DNA from: Octopus sinensis
Lineage: Eukaryota
Direction of reading: 5' to 3'
Assembly (NCBI RefSeq): GCF_006345805.1
Contig: NC_043018.1
Location: forward strand, 17,174,001-17,238,000
Length of the DNA: 64,000 bases
The position numbers and the translations under genes were made by a program. The number at the start of each line of letters is the position of its first letter. Position 1 is the first letter of the stretch. Shown in pieces: positions 1 through 13,220 of this stretch. The notes beneath the pieces were generated by a model, which saw nothing but the letters and a program-made list of their open reading frames with translations, was not told where the DNA came from and searched no databases.

Positions 1-514
1 TCTCATGTATACAAATCTTTCTCTGCAGAATCATTTCACAACAATTTTAGTATACATTCAATGAAAATTATCTTCAAAGAATTCATTATCGTCGTATATG
101 CGTACCAAAGGATCCGCCCTTAGCAAGTTTTCTTCATGGTCTTTTGATTCCAAGAATGATAATCTAATTAAGGTAATAATTTCTGCAAGTGGTTTCCTGG
201 GCTTTCAGAAGATTATCTAATTAAATAGAAGAATCCCTCGCCTCTATGACATTTTAGTTAAATTACTGGTGGGGATTTCTGAAATCATTTACAAATGAAG
301 GACATTCTAAACGACGAATCAGTTGATTATGGTACATCTCTGAGGTATTATGTTCTTATGCAAGAACATAATATGTAGAGATGCTAAAAGTATAAAATAC
401 GTAGTCACAGATATTCTAAAGGTTATTATGAGTCGAACACAGTTTATTGATTTTCGGCTCACTAGTTACAGAACTGAGGGACCACATCAGGAATTCTAAA
501 GAAAAATAAAGATA

Positions 515-920
515 GGCGCAGGAGTGGCTGTGTGGTAAGTAGCTTGTTTACCAACCATATGGTTCTGGGTTTAGTCCCACTGCGTGGCACCTTGGGCAAG
601 TGTCTTCTACTATAGCCTCGGGCCGACCAAAGCCTTGTGAGTGGATTTGGTAGACGGAAACTGAAAGAAGCCCGTCGTATAAATGTTTATATATATGCGT
701 GTGTGTTTTTGTGTGTGTCCTCCTAGCATTGCTTGACAACCGATGCTGGTGTGTTTATGTCCCCGTTACTTAGCGGTTCGGCAAAAGAGACCGATAGAAA
801 AAGTACTGGGCTTACAAAAGAATAAGTCCCGGAGTCGAGTTGCTCGATTAAAGGCGGTGCTCCAGCATGGCCGCAGTCAAATGACTGAAACAAGTAAAAG
901 AGTAAAAGAGTAAAAGAGTA
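515..920 (+). mobile_element. tRNA-derived SINE, family A (GGCGCAGGAGTGGCTGTGTGG head, GAGTAAAA tail)
   Basis: A-box and B-box-like head (GGTTTAGTCCC), internal TA/TG linker, (GAGTAAAA)n tail. Near-identical copies at 1.6, 12.8 and 51.0 kb. Confidence 0.9.
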
Positions 921-1205
921 TATTAAACTGTTAAGATATATCCATGGAATTCTCTAAATAACATTTTGTGCCCACGCGTATACACACCCACACACACACA
1001 TGTACACAAATGCAAGCACATAGACAAATGCACATTGTATAGCGTAACAAGTTTCATATTTTACAATATAAAGCTGAGATCTATCTCACCGTTATTGTTG
1101 TCGTCACACTCTCAGAAGCATTTTAATTTATTTTCAGATTATCGACACAGACATGTACACAAACCGAACGTTTGTTTGTGTGTATGTGTGTGTGTGTGCG
1201 TGTGT

Positions 1206-1247
<42 letters not shown>

Positions 1248-1574
1248 ACGCGCAAGCGTGTAAGTAATCATAATTGTTTGTAAACCGTAGCAGACATAAA
1301 AGTTGTCAAATTTAATTATTTCTTTGTAGATTTAAAAATCTTATGAACCACCTTAATCTGCATTGTATACAAAATAGATTTTCTTTCCAAATTGCAATAT
1401 ATGTACTTTCTCGTTGGGCTCTTAACTGTTTTGTATAATCAAAGAATTAATTTGTTTTTGCGCTGTTCATGTCTTTGAAAAATGAATTATTGTCGTAAAT
1501 GAATTAACTCTATTCACTGGTTTCTTTTTGCAAAACGCCAACTACTTTCACCATGCATATTCCCTGAATTTATA

Positions 1575-1733
1575 GCAGGAGTGGCTGTGTGGTAAGTAGC
1601 TTGTTTACGAACCACATGGTTCCGGGTTCAGTCCCACTGCGTGGCACTTTGGGCAAGTGCCTTCTACTATAGCCTCGGGCCGACCAATGCCTTGTGAGTG
1701 GATTTGGTAGTCGGAAACTGAAAGAAGCCCGTC

Positions 1734-1805
<72 letters not shown>

Positions 1806-2032
1806 GCGTGTGTGTATTTGTGTGTCTGTGTTTGCCCCCTAGCATTGCTTGACAACCGATGCTGGTGTGTTTACGTCCTCGTCACTTAGCGGCTCGGCCA
1901 AAGAGACCGATAGAATAAGTACTGGGCTTACAAAGAATAAGTCCCGGGGTCGAGTTGCTCGACTAAAGGCGGTGCTCCAGCATGGGTGCAGTCAAATGAC
2001 TGAAACAAGTAAAAGAGTAAAGAGTAAAGAGT
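1575..2032 (+). mobile_element. SINE family A with expanded internal (TA)n
   Basis: Same head and tail as 515-920; about 70 bp of (TA)n in the linker. Confidence 0.9.
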
Positions 2033-2559
2033 GAGGCTTACTGAAAGATTTGAATTAATAGAATAATAACACTCCAGTCATAATAGAAATATTTGAATAT
2101 TACTCAATAAAACTTTATTGTTTCAGCATTCAGATCCCTCCATTATCAAATTTGCTTTTCATTGAAGTGATGTGTATACAACTATAAACTGAAACTCAAA
2201 TATGATCACTTTTACTACGAAACAGGTATTGAAGCACTTATATGGGTAAAAGGGGTCACTTGCATCCAATTCCAGAAGTCAGGAATGTTCATGAACGTCT
2301 ATTGTGATCTAAGGATATTTTTTCAATAAGATATTAATCGATTTTATCCTGTGCAGAAACGACTTGGTACATCGAGAAAAATAAATGTCAGAATCACTCT
2401 CGGATGTTTTTGAAGTCATAGCTCAAGGACGTCCCTCTGATTATTCTGATAATTCAACAACAAACCTACAGCAGACTGCTAAATGAAGAGTCAGACAATT
2501 ATTCGCCTCCGTTCAAGACTTTCAAGAAAGTAATATTTAAATCCATGTAGAGAGGTTGG

Positions 2560-3087
2560 GAAAACCAATTGAAACAACATCATATATTGGTTCTAGTTTG
2601 GATGTGCTACCGTCGTAGCATGAGCTGATAAACCTTCATTGAATGAATCTACTAAACCGGTTAATGTTTCGAGAACTACAGTCATAATGACAATACGAAA
2701 CCGAGATAAAACCTACTCTGGGAAGCATAATTCTAGACGGAAAACACGGTCCTCCAAAACGGACAACAAAATAGTGAAATGCATTTTGCGTAAAAACCTC
2801 GAAGAACGGTAGCAAAAATAACAGCAGTGCTAAACTGCTACCTAACAAAAGCTGAGTCTGCGAAAACTGTTCGTCTTGGGATACGTAAAGCTGGATACCA
2901 TGGAAGGGCTGCAATTGTTAAAGATCTTCTCCCTCAACCATCAAAACCCTAAAAACCAGACAAAACAGTTCTTGCTTTTCAGAAGTCGTTTATGGCTGAA
3001 TGGAAAAATATCAAATTTGATGAATCATCATTTACTAATTGTTCCCACTTCGAGGTGCGTTAATCTCTGAAGACAACACAAAGAAGG

Positions 3088-3090
<3 letters not shown>
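2560..3090 (+). mobile_element. Decayed Tc1-like transposase fragment
   Basis: Translates with frameshifts to VSRTTV..KHNSRRK..IRKAGYHGRAAIVK..EWKNIKFDESSFT, matching Tc1 HTH and the first catalytic (FSDES-like) region. Confidence 0.75.
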
Positions 3091-3134
<44 letters not shown>

Positions 3135-4762
3135 TATTATATATATATGCCGGCACAGACATTGCACAAGTATTGATAAATGGATATATCTGCTGAAAAT
3201 TCTATCCTCAATGAAAACTACCGGGTACTTAGAATGAGGTAGCCATGTAAGAATGTTAACGGAATAATCAATGGAGACGCGGCACTCACAGTTTTCTGCT
3301 TAGCCTCAGTCGCGAAATCGTCGTCTTTTACATTATCAAAACATGCAGCATAATATTCTAGTATTAATAATGTATTCCATTGCTGACACCAAATTAGTTT
3401 TTTCAAATCCATGTAATCCTAAGGTTAGTTTGTTTACTTTATGATCATAAGGCAGAGCTTCCATTCTTCGAACAACTACATCATGATGTCCCTCAACAAG
3501 ACACTAATGTCGTCTAATTTTTTATGAGTAGCAACAGGGTGTTTGAGTAGCACTTACCGCCCCTCCCGCATTAGATGATTCACTTAGTAAGTTTGAGTCA
3601 CACAAGTCTTCTATATCAGCTCATGGCTGTCTATTCGTACCATATACGCGTTAGAAACCACCCACTCTCACCAGTATCAATTCCTACCCTGAAAACTGTA
3701 TATTCTCAAGGAATTTCATTGTTTGCGGGTGTGATTTTTCAATTTTTGAAAACCTTTAACAGGAGACGTGCATCAAATAGTTGAATCCATCACATATCAT
3801 TAACTATGTATTTAATGCTTCACATTATACGTCAATTATCAATGTCAATGTATTAACGAATTTTTGAGTTTAAAGAATTGAGAAGTGTTTCGAATGAATT
3901 TATTTCTTTATTCTTATTCTAAAATGGTCATCGATACTTGACAGCATCTGGTATCGATTTTTACATGTATACAGCTCATATGCGCACTTGCACACTCTTT
4001 CTCTCTTTTTGTCTCTTGTTCTCGCCACCACCCCCTATCTATGACTAACAGATAACGATGGTTTTATGGGAAGAAGGACCTGCTATATCACTCCCAAATT
4101 TTACTATTAGATGTTTTGATGACCCTTTACGAATGATAATCAAACTTCACTTCGATACAGTTCGAAATCGGTTCATAATAAGAAAGCGCAATGGATATTC
4201 TACTAATACTGACCTGCTAACAATTCTGAAAATTAATCGCTTTATTCAACAAGCTTTTGCGAAACGCAGAAATCAATAGTTTCAAATCATATATTGATAG
4301 GTACACGATAATAAATAACGGTTGGAAATATGCAAACAAGGTGACGGAAGGTCTATATTGTAGAAAATTTAATTAATATTAATTATGAATATGTGAAATT
4401 TAATTAGAAACATCACAATATTTCATTTAAGTGGCTTTTATTCCCTAAGAAACAAAATTTGCGCAAATATTCTCAAAGAGATCAAACTGTGGTAATTAAC
4501 TAATTGATCGATCTGTAAATCGGATTTGAGATCAATACAGCACAACTGATTGGGTGTGTGTAAGGTCCCTCTTGAATCTGTGAGAATTTGTTCATCTGAT
4601 CGATGCTTAGAAGAACACGAATAAAGTTTCAAAGAGAATTCCCCAAAATATTGGAATCAGCTTTCCATTTATGAAATTTCGAATTTCAGCAACGATTCGC
4701 TAAATTCTTGTAAAATTGTATTTTATGAGAGCTACAAAGTGAATTCTATACACACGAATATA

Positions 4763-4793
<31 letters not shown>

Positions 4794-4930
4794 GAGAGCG
4801 AGAGAGGGAAAGAGAGAGAGAGCAGTGGTAAAACAAAGCACCAATGTTTACTGGATATAGCAGTCCAGTCGATACATTTACGACGCTACAGTAAATTTCA
4901 ATGTGTATATACTGGCAATACTTTATTTTC

Positions 4931-5198
<268 letters not shown>

Positions 5199-5416
5199 CT
5201 ATGTATAATGGAGAAAAACGATTCCGCCATTTGTTGCTAAACAAACTGCGCAGCTGATTAATTTATAGTGTTCAAATATTTGTGATGCATATACGCTTTC
5301 TCCTTCCTTGAAACCTCACCTATGCAGGTGCACTGTGTGCAACACGACGATCTCGTGTGTTTGTGTGCGCGTGTCTGTGTGTGTGTATGTGCGTATGAGT
5401 GTCTGTGTGCGCGTGC

Positions 5417-5474
<58 letters not shown>

Positions 5475-5994
5475 ACGCCTATATATATAAAAGAAGGGAG
5501 AAAATATGCGCAGATAAATCTTATAATGTGTACGCGAGAGATTACTACGATGTTATTACATACATGCACAGCTCCTCTGATATGTGTTATTATTTATGTG
5601 AAATATGCCCTAGCCCGAAAAATTGATATTAGTATATTTATCGACGTGTACACTATCTGATTCAATTAATTTTCTTTGGGTACATTAAAATGCAACTTCA
5701 TGAAATTAAAACACACACTTCAGTCAGAAATATATTGTAACGGAATAATGAACACTTTTATCTTGTTTTAGATGTATGAGAAAAACATTACGTAACTAAA
5801 TAGTTTTGGACTTTTAACTGCCATATTTAATCACAGGATGGTCTTCAACGTTGATAGTCACGCAACGCTCCTTTTCTAAAATATGAGCGATCATTACCGG
5901 TTAATCACCCGCACCCGCACCAGCACCACCACAACCACCAAAATCATCATCGTCGTCGTTGTTGTTGTTGTTGTTTCTTTTATTATTATCACAC

Positions 5995-6257
5995 ATTAAG
6001 TATTATAATCATCCTCATTATTATTATTATTATTATTGTTGTTGTTGTTGTTATTATTGTTATTATTATTAATGTTATTATTATTATTATTGTTGTTATT
6101 ATTATTATTATTATTTTTATTATTATTTTTATTGTTATTATTATTATTATTATTGTTGTTGTTGTTGTTATTATTATTATTAATGTTATTATTATTACTG
6201 TTATTATTATTATTATTATTTTTATTTGTATTTTTATTATTATTTTTATTGTTACTA

Positions 6258-6289
<32 letters not shown>

Positions 6290-6326
6290 GTTGTTGTTAT
6301 TATTATTATTATTATTACTATTATTA

Positions 6327-6398
<72 letters not shown>

Positions 6399-6428
6399 TA
6401 TTATTATTATCATTGTTATTATTATATA
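5995..6428. repeat. (TTA/TTG)n trinucleotide microsatellite
   Basis: Seen directly; source of the poly-L and poly-Y ORFs. Confidence 0.97.
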
Positions 6429-7130
6429 TTAATTTCGATAGTATGCATTTCTCTGTTAATTATGTTTTGCGAGTACAGCGAGATATGGGTAGACAGTTGG
6501 GTGGACAACCTGAAAACTAAAAAGAAACCAAAAAAAAACAGATATATAGATACATAATTAGACACAGGTACAAAGATAAAGAGAGAGAGAGAATGAGAGA
6601 GACAGAGAAACAGACAGAAAGACAGAGAGGAGAAATGAAAAGTAATAGCGCTTCCAATAAAATATGATCCAACTTAATATTCTAAAGTTCTTTCATGTTT
6701 GAAATTATTTATTTGAAGTATAGTCTTCCATATTTTTCTCTGTGTTGCCATTGATCAGACTCTAATTTAATCTCAACTGAGAAAGTATCTATTAACAGAA
6801 TAATTGCCACTCTTATCGCGTTTGCCAGATGGAGGACAACAGCGTTATATACTGAAATGCTTTTGGAATTTTATTTCGAACGTCCATTAGTTATTATCTT
6901 CGCTATTAGCAATCGTACAGTTTATGCAGTGTACATCTACTGGTTTAGATGGAAGTTTTATTTCAAAATAGAGATTTCAAGTTTTGATTCGGGCGGAAAT
7001 GATGACATTTCCAGTAACAGAAACCAAAATTAAGATGCTGTTGCACAAAGATATGAGGACAAACCCCACACATTCAATGATAAAATGGCTGTATGACTAA
7101 TAATTGTGTTATTCTTTGTGGTACTCGTGT

Positions 7131-7133
<3 letters not shown>

Positions 7134-7224
<91 letters not shown>
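7134..7224. repeat. (TG)n microsatellite
   Basis: Seen directly. Confidence 0.97.
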
Positions 7225-7226
<2 letters not shown>

Positions 7227-8196
7227 TTGAGTCTGAATGTTATCGTTAAGTATATGTTTCATTGATCTACTGTAAGTAAATCATATCTCTTCTTACTTTT
7301 ATTCCATTGATTTTGACGTGTTCGCGCCTTTGATATTGGTTCACCTCGACTATGGCCAGAATTCTTGCTTATTAATCAGAACTTTTCAATTCTCGTTCTT
7401 TATTACTATTTTTTTTTTAGTTCTGCTGTAATTTCACTGTTTGTTTCTTATTTGTATTTCATATTTTCAAAGCACTTTTTTCACCTATAAACTACTTTAT
7501 TGAAAGTACGCAGCATGTAATTAGCACTTCATATTTTCCTTTTATAGGTAAAAGTTTCTCTCGTGTTACCTTAAATTAATCAGTCGCTATTTACTTGTTA
7601 TTAAATACATTTCTAGTAGCATTACTTTCTAATTATTTCCTTTGTGTATGACCTCTTGCCTTGTAACATGAGTGCGAAGCATCTGTGTTCTATATATATT
7701 GTCTCCTTGGTTTACTGCTCTGGAATTTCGGTTGACTTATTTACAATTTATATCATTTGTGTTACAACTATTGATCTTTAGAGCAAGTAATTCTTTTATA
7801 TAGTTATTATTGACCTCTATAAATCGAATGACGCTACAGTTCTAATATTCCTGTTCAGGTATTATTACAAAGGTTAGCACTCAAAATGTTGTAAAGTGTC
7901 GATGCGACAACCATCACCATTTTTCGATGAGGGATAAGTATTCTTAAGAGCCTTATGGCTCTGGTATTTCACTCTTAAAGCAAAGGTTATCAAGGTAGGC
8001 GGTGGAGAGATTCACAGAATGCGTTAAGCAAAAGTGAAACGATAACGGGGTGGCCAAAAGGGAACGATGGCTGGCAATGTCCCCATCCAATTTACACTCC
8101 AGTTTAGAAAATAGTGTTTTACAATCGGTCAAGAAAATTGATTTCAGGCATGAGCAGAACAAAAGTTGACAAACAAAACACTCACTCAATCTCTCC

Positions 8197-8229
<33 letters not shown>

Positions 8230-8244
8230 ATATATATATATATA

Positions 8245-8280
8245 CTAGCAATGCATCGCAGCGTTGCCCGGGTATTATGA
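8245..8280 (-). mobile_element. Isolated Helitron-like 3' end
   Basis: Minus strand reads CCCGGGCAACGCTGCG..TGCTAG|T, resembling the hairpin plus CTAG end of the full Helitrons in this window. Confidence 0.45.
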
Positions 8281-8926
8281 CCTACAGCCATAATTTATTA
8301 TATTATTTGCGTGAGAGAGAGAGAGGGAAAGAAGGAGCGAGAGAGAGAGAGATTGAGTGAGTGTTTGTTGCTATGTATGCATTTATTGCATGTATGTGTT
8401 AAATGGCACTCACTCTCTCTATATATATCTATCTATCTTTATCCCCCCTCTCTCTCCCTCACACACACAAACACATATCATCTTTCAAATACACGTATAT
8501 AGATATATATACATAGACCTTTTTGTACGTATGTGTTCTTGTGAATGTGAGAGAGAAAGTGAGTGACTGTATTTCCTCACAATATATAGAGAAATGGTTG
8601 TCTTTTAAGGCACACACTAATATAGAAAATGTGACATCGTCGTCGTGATATAAAATGGCCTTTAGGATAGTTGAACCATAGGAAGATGATAATGTTAAAT
8701 TTTTGTGATGCAAATATGTAAACGAAAATAATGTTAATTTGTTATCCGAAAGAGTAGTGACTCTTCATATATATATATATGCACATTTACACATATATTT
8801 GTTTCTATGAGTACGTATATGCAATGTCAAAGTTGTCTTGTAATATTACGATATTGGCAAAATTTCTGTTATTTGTAGTTGTTTTCTTTCGTGATGATCG
8901 GTATTTTTTTTATTATTTTGCTGCAG

Positions 8927-8994
8927 ACTGGGGAGGCAGAAAAGAGCAGTCAACCTAATAATGATATTGATGATGTGCTTGGAAGTAATATCAG
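8927..8994 (+). CDS. Candidate 68-nt exon, product unknown
   Basis: Strong acceptor (ttttttttattattttgctgcag) and donor AG|gtatca. Two frames are open (TGEAEKSSQPNNDIDDVLGSNI or LGRQKRAVNLIMILMMCLEVIS). Confidence 0.3.
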
Positions 8995-10879
8995 GTATCA
9001 GCGAAACCTTTGTGCTTATCACTGTGACTTAATCAGTGGCATTAAGTGGATGCAGCTGCTAGACATTCATTGTAAACTGGTTTAAAAGTTAAACACACAG
9101 TCCTCCGGTGATTCCACAGAATCGTGTACAGTAATTAGCTTGTATGAAATAATATCCATAAGGTTAAATTCGAATAGAAGATAATTTCAAAGACATTTGC
9201 GCAGTCAGAAGCTCATTAGGAACAACATCTGACACACAGAAGCGTAAAACGTAAAACCATGGCTACAACTGTACTAACATCTGGTGATCCTAGACTCACG
9301 GAAGACAACTGAACCGTGCTAGTAAATTAGTGATTCCTAAACCCTTCGCATTATCTCAACCATTAATAATTTCAGAGGTGTCTCAGTTTTTCTGTCTATA
9401 GACTTCCCGTAATATTTCATTTCTTAATTTTATTTTCGTTTATTTATTAATTAATTCCTTTATTAATTATTGAAGATTTATTTACTGATTTTATACTATA
9501 ACCTTGACACTCTTCTGCGACACTTGAACAATTGTCGTACTTAATACATTGAAGTTTCTTCCTCTCTCTCTCTCTGTCTTGTTAATTGGCCTATAATTGT
9601 GATAGCCAGGCGTTTTTCGTGGTCAAGTAGAACTGTTATCCGTTATATTAGCAATTTTGCTAACTCGTATAAACGTGTTATTACTTGACTAACGCATTAT
9701 TTTCCTGTGTTTCTGAGATATACTGATACAGGCTCGTGAAATGTTTTATTCGTCTTTTCCAAGAAACTTCCAGTTGTTGTTTTCAGTTTTGGCATCTGTT
9801 ATTTTTTGCTGTTGTGATGTTACTTACTTGTATGGTTAAACATGTCTTCTGCTTTATTCCAGAGATTTCTTAATTTATTGCATGAATAGTTTATCTTCCG
9901 TACATGTCTTCAGTATTTTTTTATTTCTTTCACTGCATTTCTATACATTTATACCTGTGTAATCTAATTATCTGTGAAATTTCCTGTTTATCAGCTTCCA
10001 ACTTTTTTTTTTATTTTATTTCAATTGTTTGATATTTTCCTAAAATATATGTATTTACAATCATGTTTCGATGTTTCTGTGTAGAAATAAAGTTTTTCTT
10101 CGTTTATGACATGTTGTTAATTAACGGTATTGGTTTCATTTGCTGCAATATTTTCGTCCTTATTTCAATCTATTTTACAAACTTTCTATTTCATTAAATT
10201 TCTTGTTGAAGACTGTTCTGGAGACGGCGACACCACCACCTGTAATTAGTATAGAAAATCTGAGTTGTTCACTTGTTGCTTAATTACCTTTAGAGTGCAA
10301 TTAGCGTAAATGATTGTAGATTTGACTTTTTTGTTTGTTTTTGTATATAGTGTAGTATCTTACTTTTTTGCTATATGAATACAAACTCATTTGGGGTCTC
10401 CCAAACTTGTATGAATTCTAATTTAATTGTCGCTATCTTTCTTCTTACGTAACTGTGTTCAATAATTATTATTTTTAACACTCAAATGTCTTCCAAATTG
10501 CGTTAACGGACAATACTAACTTTTATGACATCTGTTAGTTATTTTATTTTAGCACAATTAACTTATATTTCAGCATGATTTGTAAGGCTATCTCTTTTCT
10601 ATGTCGTCTTCGTTTTTCTTTCTTTTCTGTGTTATGTCTTCTAAAAGAGGTTCTGTTATAAAATTAATTTTCAGTAGCATATATCTATTTTACAATTTTC
10701 TTACTCAAGATTATTTATTTGTTACGTAATTTTTGTCATTAATTTATTGTTTAAAATATCAACTTTTACTTTTCACAATATACTGCTTCTGTTATGAAGA
10801 ACTTTGGTAAAATATTTCCGGCAGAATTGGCGATTTGATTCCAGAAAGGTGCTTAATTTAAACAACAACATCTAAATAA

Positions 10880-11019
10880 TACAGTTTATATTTAAGAGAT
10901 GAGGAAATGTGTACATTATTTACATTATTTATATTCGACGGATATGTGTACTCATGTTGTTTGTTGATAACACAACATTTCGGCTGATATACCCTCCAGC
11001 CTTCATCAGGTGCCTTGAG
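10880..11019 (-). mobile_element. Inverted, 5'-truncated copy of the HHR-bearing tail of the adjacent SINE
   Basis: Reverse complement matches 11263-11360 (CTCAAGxCACCTGATGAA..CAGCCGAAA..CAACAAACAA..ATATCCGTC..AATAATGTAAATAATG). Confidence 0.85.
10969..11014 (-). ncRNA. Minimal type I hammerhead ribozyme motif
   Basis: GGCAC CUGAUGA A GGCUG[GAGGGUAUAU]CAGCC GAAA UG UU/GUGUU: 5-bp stem I, 5-bp stem II, intact core, GUU cleavage triplet, minimal stem III. Confidence 0.75.
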
Positions 11020-11092
11020 CATATGGTGTAGTGGTTAAAAGCGCGGGCTACTAACTTCAAGATTCCGAGTTCGATTCCAGGTAGTGGCCTGA

Positions 11093-11139
<47 letters not shown>

Positions 11140-11360
11140 TAATAATAACAATAACAACAACAACAACAGCAACAATAATAACAACAACAACAACAACAAC
11201 AACAACAATAATAATAATAATAATAATAATAACACCGAAAAATACCTTAGGTCCGAAATTTCCTCAAGACACCTGATGAAGCCTGGAGGGTATATCAGCC
11301 GAAACAACAAACAAGATGGAGACAAATATCCGTCAAATGTAAATAATGTAAATAATGAAC
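11017..11360 (+). mobile_element. tRNA-headed SINE with (TAA/CAA)n middle and HHR-containing tail
   Basis: A-box TGGTGTAGTGG at 11024-11034 and B-box GAGTTCGATTCC at 11067-11078. Microsatellite 11094-11233, then GACAC CTGATGA A..CAGCC GAAAC at 11268-11305 (cleavage site deleted in this copy). TGTAAATAA tandem end. Confidence 0.8.
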
Positions 11361-11974
11361 ATCTGAATAATCTTCTCCGGTCATTTGCTGACTCGCAAAA
11401 CTTATTTATGTTGCAGATTTTATTGCATCGTACAGTATTTCCTTTTCGAAAGTATTTATCGACTCTACAAATCTTTAGAATTACGTTACCATCCAACATG
11501 ATAGAATGATAAATTTCGTAAACAGTATTCCAATTTAATTAATTATTTCTGGTCTAAAAAAAATTTTCTCCAAAGTTGACACGTCGCTAATTCTTTTATA
11601 GCTAGCAGCGATAAGAGAACGTGAAGTAAACAACATTTTTATAAACCAGAACATTTAGCTACTGGTATCAATATGAACGGAAACCATTCAAATACTAACT
11701 TTGATTAAATAAGTGTTCAGCTTCGTGTGATTTATTGGCACGTTGTACGCAGCATAGGCGTAATGAAAGTCAACGTGTAATCACTTATGTAAATGTGTTT
11801 GTGGCCAAAAATATTTTCGAATCGTTTATTATTAACATTTGAATTTTTGTCTTTTTTGCTGTTTTGATGCCGGAGCAAAACATATTTTACGATTGTCTCT
11901 TAGAATGTTTTGAATTTGTTTAATATCGGTAAGCAATACACACAATGCTCGAACTCCTATATTATTTATGTATT

Positions 11975-12355
11975 GTGGAGGCGCAATGGCCCAGTGGTTA
12001 GGGCAGCGAACTCGCGGTCGTAGGATCGCGGTTTTGATTCCCAGACCGGGCGTTGTGAGTGTTTATTGAGCGAAAACACCTAAAGCTCTACGAGGCTCCG
12101 GCAGGGGATGGTGGTGATCCCTGCTGTACTCTTTCGCCACAACTTTCTCTCAGTCTTACTTCCTGTTTCTGTTGTACCTGTATTTCAAAGGGCCAGCCTT
12201 GTCACTCTCTGTGTCACGCTGAATATTCCCGAGAACTACGTTAAGGGTACACGTGTCTGTGGAGTGCTCAGCCACTTACACGTTAATTTCACGAGCAGGC
12301 TGTTCCGTTCATCGGATCAACCGGAACCCTCGTCATCGTAACCGACGGAGTGCTT
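11975..12355 (+). mobile_element. tRNA-derived SINE, family C (long tail; octopus OR-type by recollection)
   Basis: GGAGGCGCAATGGCCCAGTGGTTAGGGCAGCG..GGTTTTGATTCCC head; full copies also at 37.5 and 45.9 kb. Confidence 0.9.
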
Positions 12356-12810
12356 CTCTCTATGTATTACTTTCAGCTCCGTCTACTATTGTTGATTGGT
12401 TTGTTAAATTGTTAAAGCATCGATTGAAATCTCATCCAGCACTGAGTTGGTTGAGTTCAAATTTCACCCAGGTTAAACATTTTTCTTTTTATCCTTTCGA
12501 CAAAGCTAAAATAATGTAGAAATCGTGTGTTATATTTAACTTTTCAAAGTCACAAACAGAATTTAGGATATGTTTGATGGTAAATATGGTGTAAGGGATT
12601 TCAAAGGTCAGCTGTACGAAATAAGGGAAAGATTTTAAATTTGCTGGTCGACACTTGAAAAGCGTCTACTGCAATAGATTATAACATTTAAGCCGTCCAG
12701 CTACTCTCTATTGAGGAGTGGCAGCGCAGCTGATGACGATTACTAATAGAGGTGAGATAAAAGACAATTTCTAGTGCTTTTTATCGACTTTCCAAATGTA
12801 ATTAACAAAA

Positions 12811-13220
12811 GGCGCAGGAGTGGCTGTGTGGTAAGTAGCTTGTTTACCAACCACACGGTTCCGGGTTCAGTCCCACTGCGTGACACCTTGGGCAGGTGTC
12901 TTCTACTATAGCCTCGGGCCGACCAAAGCCTTGTGAGTGGATTTGGTAGACGGAAACTGAAAGAAGCCCATCGTATATATGTATATATATGTATATGCGT
13001 GTGTGTGTTTGTGTGTCTGTGTTTGTCCCCCTAGCGTTGCTTGACAACCGATGCTGGTGTGTTTATGTCCCCGTTACTTAGCGGTTCAGCAAAAGAGACC
13101 GATAGAATAAATACTGGGCTTACAAAAGAATAAGTCCCGAGGTCGAGTTGCTCGATTAAAGGTGGTGCTCCAGCATGGCCGCAGTCAAATGACTGAAACA
13201 AGTAAAAGAGTAAAAGAGTA
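12811..13220 (+). mobile_element. SINE family A
   Basis: Full-length match to 515-920. Confidence 0.92.

Noticed and set aside
548-739. Recurring ORFs MSSNAR.., MTTDAG.., MFIERKHL.., MVVIPA.., ..RPRKDERQSRPRRNLNSER
   Set aside because: They are SINE sequence read in various frames; starts and stops vary between copies.
11017-11090. tRNA-like sequences at SINE heads (also 11975, 37800-37882, 45893, 46979, 49035)
   Set aside because: A and B boxes are present but there is no complete cloverleaf or acceptor stem; they are SINE heads, not tRNA genes.
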